Origin: Methanomicrobiales archaeon
GTDB lineage: Archaea > Halobacteriota > Methanomicrobia > Methanomicrobiales > Methanospirillaceae
Length of the DNA: 29,790 bases
Direction: 5' to 3'
Assembly (NCBI GenBank): GCA_037137755.1
Contig: JBAXJR010000029.1
Coordinates: 1 to 29,790 of the forward strand
A program made the position numbers and the translations under genes. Below, one piece after another: positions 27,420-29,790 of this stretch; position 1 is the first letter of the stretch; each line of letters opens with the position of its first letter. Under the pieces are notes generated by a model. That model worked only from the letters and a program-made list of their open reading frames with translations, was not told the origin of the DNA and did not search any database.

Positions 27420-28625
27420 TCATACCATCCGTGAGATCTCTTCCACTGTCATTATGAGTTGTTCAACGTCATCTGCATTGTTATACAGGTGAAGACTTGC
27501 CCTGACGGTACCTTCGGGAGTGCCGATATGGCGCATCAGCGGGATACAGCAGTGTTCCCCTGACCTGACCATGATACCCGCAGCCTCATCGAGGATATGT
27601 GCGACATCGTGCGGGTGAAGGTTTTCCACGGTAAATGAGACAACCCCTATACGGTTTTTTCCCGGCGGAGGCCCGTATATGGTCACACCTTTAATCGAAG
27701 AGAGCCCCTCAATTATCTGGGTTGTAAGTGCCCGTTCGTGGTCCATGACCAGGTCCATACCGATGCCATCCAGGTAATCAACAGCTTTTCCAAGGCCAAT
27801 ACAACTACCTACCGGGGGGGTACCCGCCTCGTATCGCTGGTACCCTCCGGTTTCCGTATAATGGTCAGCTGATACCTCGCTGATCATGCCACCCCCGACA
27901 AGGAGCGGGCTGATATCGGGAGATCTCATCCATAGTACGCCTGTCCCGGAGGGCCCGAGCATTTTGTGGCCGGAAAAACAGAGATAATCGCACCCGATCT
28001 TCTCAACATCCACGGGTATATGAGGGACGGACTGGGCACCATCAATGAGGAGTCGGCAGTCATGATCCTTGCAAAGAGCCGATATCTCTTTCACTGGTGT
28101 CACCGAGCCAAGGACATTCGAAGCGTGGCTTACTGCCACGAGTTTTGTAGAATCCTCAATCGTTTCTTCAAACCGGGAAACGTCAAACGCCCCATCCTGC
28201 CCCGGAAGTACGACGGACAGATCAACCCCGTGCTTTTCACGGAGGCGGAGCCAGGGAAGATAATTGGAGTGGTGCTCGAGCAGGGTGGTGACCACCTTGT
28301 CCCCTTTCTGCCAGTCGAGGCCACATGCGACCATGTTGATCGCTTCGGTGGTATTCTTCGTAATTACCACCAGGCCCTCCTTTGCACCGATAAAGGAGGC
28401 GATCTTCTTGTGCGCATCTGCGTATTTCTGTGTCGCAACCATGGCAAGACGGTGAACACCCCTTCCCACGTTTGCACGGTATCGTAGCTCGTACTCATTC
28501 ATTGCACTGATAACAGGGACGGGAGACAGGCTCGTTGCAGCACTATCCATGTAAATTAAATCTTTCATTATCGGGAAATCTTCCCTGGCATCCTCGATCC
28601 TCACTGTTTCGTCACCAGCCAACAA
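27420..28625 (-). CDS. Cysteine desulfurase, SufS/CsdA (group II) type
   Basis: YMDSAATS, NVGRGVH, NTTEAIN, EHHSN, DGAQ, SGHKM (PLP Lys), EAGTP, RSGEHCC. Confidence 0.92.
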   Translation of the reverse strand: MLAGDETVRIEDAREDFPIMKDLIYMDSAATSLSPVPVISAMNEYELRYRANVGRGVHRLAMVATQKYADAHKKIASFIGAKEGLVVITKNTTEAINMVACGLDWQKGDKVVTTLLEHHSNYLPWLRLREKHGVDLSVVLPGQDGAFDVSRFEETIEDSTKLVAVSHASNVLGSVTPVKEISALCKDHDCRLLIDGAQSVPHIPVDVEKIGCDYLCFSGHKMLGPSGTGVLWMRSPDISPLLVGGGMISEVSADHYTETGGYQRYEAGTPPVGSCIGLGKAVDYLDGIGMDLVMDHERALTTQIIEGLSSIKGVTIYGPPPGKNRIGVVSFTVENLHPHDVAHILDEAAGIMVRSGEHCCIPLMRHIGTPEGTVRASLHLYNNADDVEQLIMTVEEISRMV

Positions 28626-28747
28626 ATCATGGTAATATCGTGAGATAGAACCCTACCCATAAGGTAATATTCCATTCCCGTGGTTCTGATTGCATTAAAA
28701 GACCCATTTTACGAAGTCCTTTTATCCTTGTTATGCACTCATAACTT

Positions 28748-28903
28748 ATGGTACGTATTGCAGCTCCACATTGCAGTCATCCATTATGCCACAACCGTAT
28801 GCAAAGATTGTATGTACGAAGACTGGATAAAACCTACATCCCTGTCGGCTGGCGGTGTCCTACCTGCCACACGATGAAAGATGAACCAGAGATCTCTGGT
28901 TAG
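28748..28903 (+). CDS. Small zinc-finger-like protein (51 aa), below the ORF-track size cut-off
   Basis: MVRIAAPHCSHPLCHNRMQRLYVRRLDKTYIPVGWRCPTCHTMKDEPEISG; Cx4C and CPTC pairs; TTTTAT about 25 bp upstream. Confidence 0.65.
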   Translation: MVRIAAPHCSHPLCHNRMQRLYVRRLDKTYIPVGWRCPTCHTMKDEPEISG

Positions 28904-29017
28904 GAAATAACCATTTATTAAGTGTGGTTTAGTTATTAGGGACAATATAATTGAGAAAAGAGCATATCATCCGTGTAAAAATCGTTCTTTTAAAATCGGA
29001 CAAGTCCGAAAAAAGAA

Positions 29018-29371
29018 TTATTCCCGCTTCCCGGGTTTCATGAATAACCAGTCATCATTTTGGTTAAATTCCCTTATTCCGAAATCGCCCAAATTAAAAG
29101 ACTTCTCCTGTGATTTGGAAGCAGTTTTAAAAGTTTCTTGAGCAGTATGTCCCGCTTTTGTCACTGGATGAAGGGGCTTTAATTCGGTCTGTAATGCGTC
29201 GAATATCTCATTCGTTACCCTGTAAGCCTTAATTAAAACTGTCTCTATTTTGTCCTTGTAATACAACATACCCTGCTTCCAGGTGTACATGCGTATTGGT
29301 CGGTTCTGTAGTGCCTGTTGATAGAGCTTTAAGTCTGACCATACAGCCTCACGCCTCAGGAACGAATGCAC
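29018..29371 (-). CDS. Hypothetical protein or gene remnant
   Basis: Only ORF covering this AT-rich stretch; no recognisable motif; start uncertain. Confidence 0.3.
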   Translation of the reverse strand: MHSFLRREAVWSDLKLYQQALQNRPIRMYTWKQGMLYYKDKIETVLIKAYRVTNEIFDALQTELKPLHPVTKAGHTAQETFKTASKSQEKSFNLGDFGIREFNQNDDWLFMKPGKRE

Positions 29372-29564
29372 ACTGCATGATCAGCTCGAACCACATCTCG
29401 TTAAAATTATGGTGATGGCGCTTGTTTTATGGGTAGAATGCATCGCTATATTTATTATATCCCGTGTTGACAAGCCTTGTACCCAGAGTTAATTTTAATA
29501 TCTTATTTCCTATGAAAGTCCTTTACTTTTAAAATTAAATCTGGGACATTAGGAGGTTGAAAAT

Positions 29565-29790
29565 TTGAATAAAATTGGCGTTATTATAATTGCCAGTATC
29601 ATGCTGATAGCACTTATAGGTTTTGCATCGGCAGACCGGGTTGTTCCGGCAGTGCCTGAAACACAGGGTATTGTTACTACCACCGTTGCAAATGTGGACG
29701 GTCTCGTCATGGAAACAGACTCAGGGGTATGGACTCTGACGGATAATCCCTATAAAATGCACCAGATTAGTGCTGCAGCGGGATTGGTGG
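29565..29790 (+). CDS. Secreted protein, probable Methanomicrobiales sheath-protein (MspA-like) family; 3' end outside window
   Basis: AGGAGGT RBS and TTG start; MNKIGVIIIASIMLIALIGFASA-DRVVPAVPETQGIVTTTVANVDGLVMETDSGVWTLT. Signal peptide followed by a PETQ beta-strand-rich N-terminus. Confidence 0.65.
   Translation, partial: MNKIGVIIIASIMLIALIGFASADRVVPAVPETQGIVTTTVANVDGLVMETDSGVWTLTDNPYKMHQISAAAGLV

Overview
Archaeal methanogen chromosome segment. Gene content and protein style point to Methanomicrobiales, probably Methanoregulaceae (inference). The left half is mostly conserved housekeeping: gins15 (partial), priS, elp3, UPF0058, ADP-ribosylglycohydrolase, UPF0179, egsA, DUF63, SpoIIM-like, proS, rpiA, a PEGA-domain surface protein, surE and mfnD-mfnF. 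The right half carries F420-type formate dehydrogenase fdhAB and an IS110-family element whose transposase has two in-frame stops and a structured ~170-nt upstream non-coding region (candidate bridge/seek RNA). It also carries a small secreted Trp-repeat protein divergent from ycaO-tfuA, nadA, and a dense sulfur-relay set (ThiS/SAMP, TtuA/Ncs6-like, fdhD, SufS-type desulfurase). It ends with a 51-aa zinc-finger microprotein missed by the ORF track and the 5' end of a probable sheath-protein (MspA-like) gene. A ~50-bp GC-rich extragenic repeat occurs three times. All calls come from motif recognition by eye; no database search was run.
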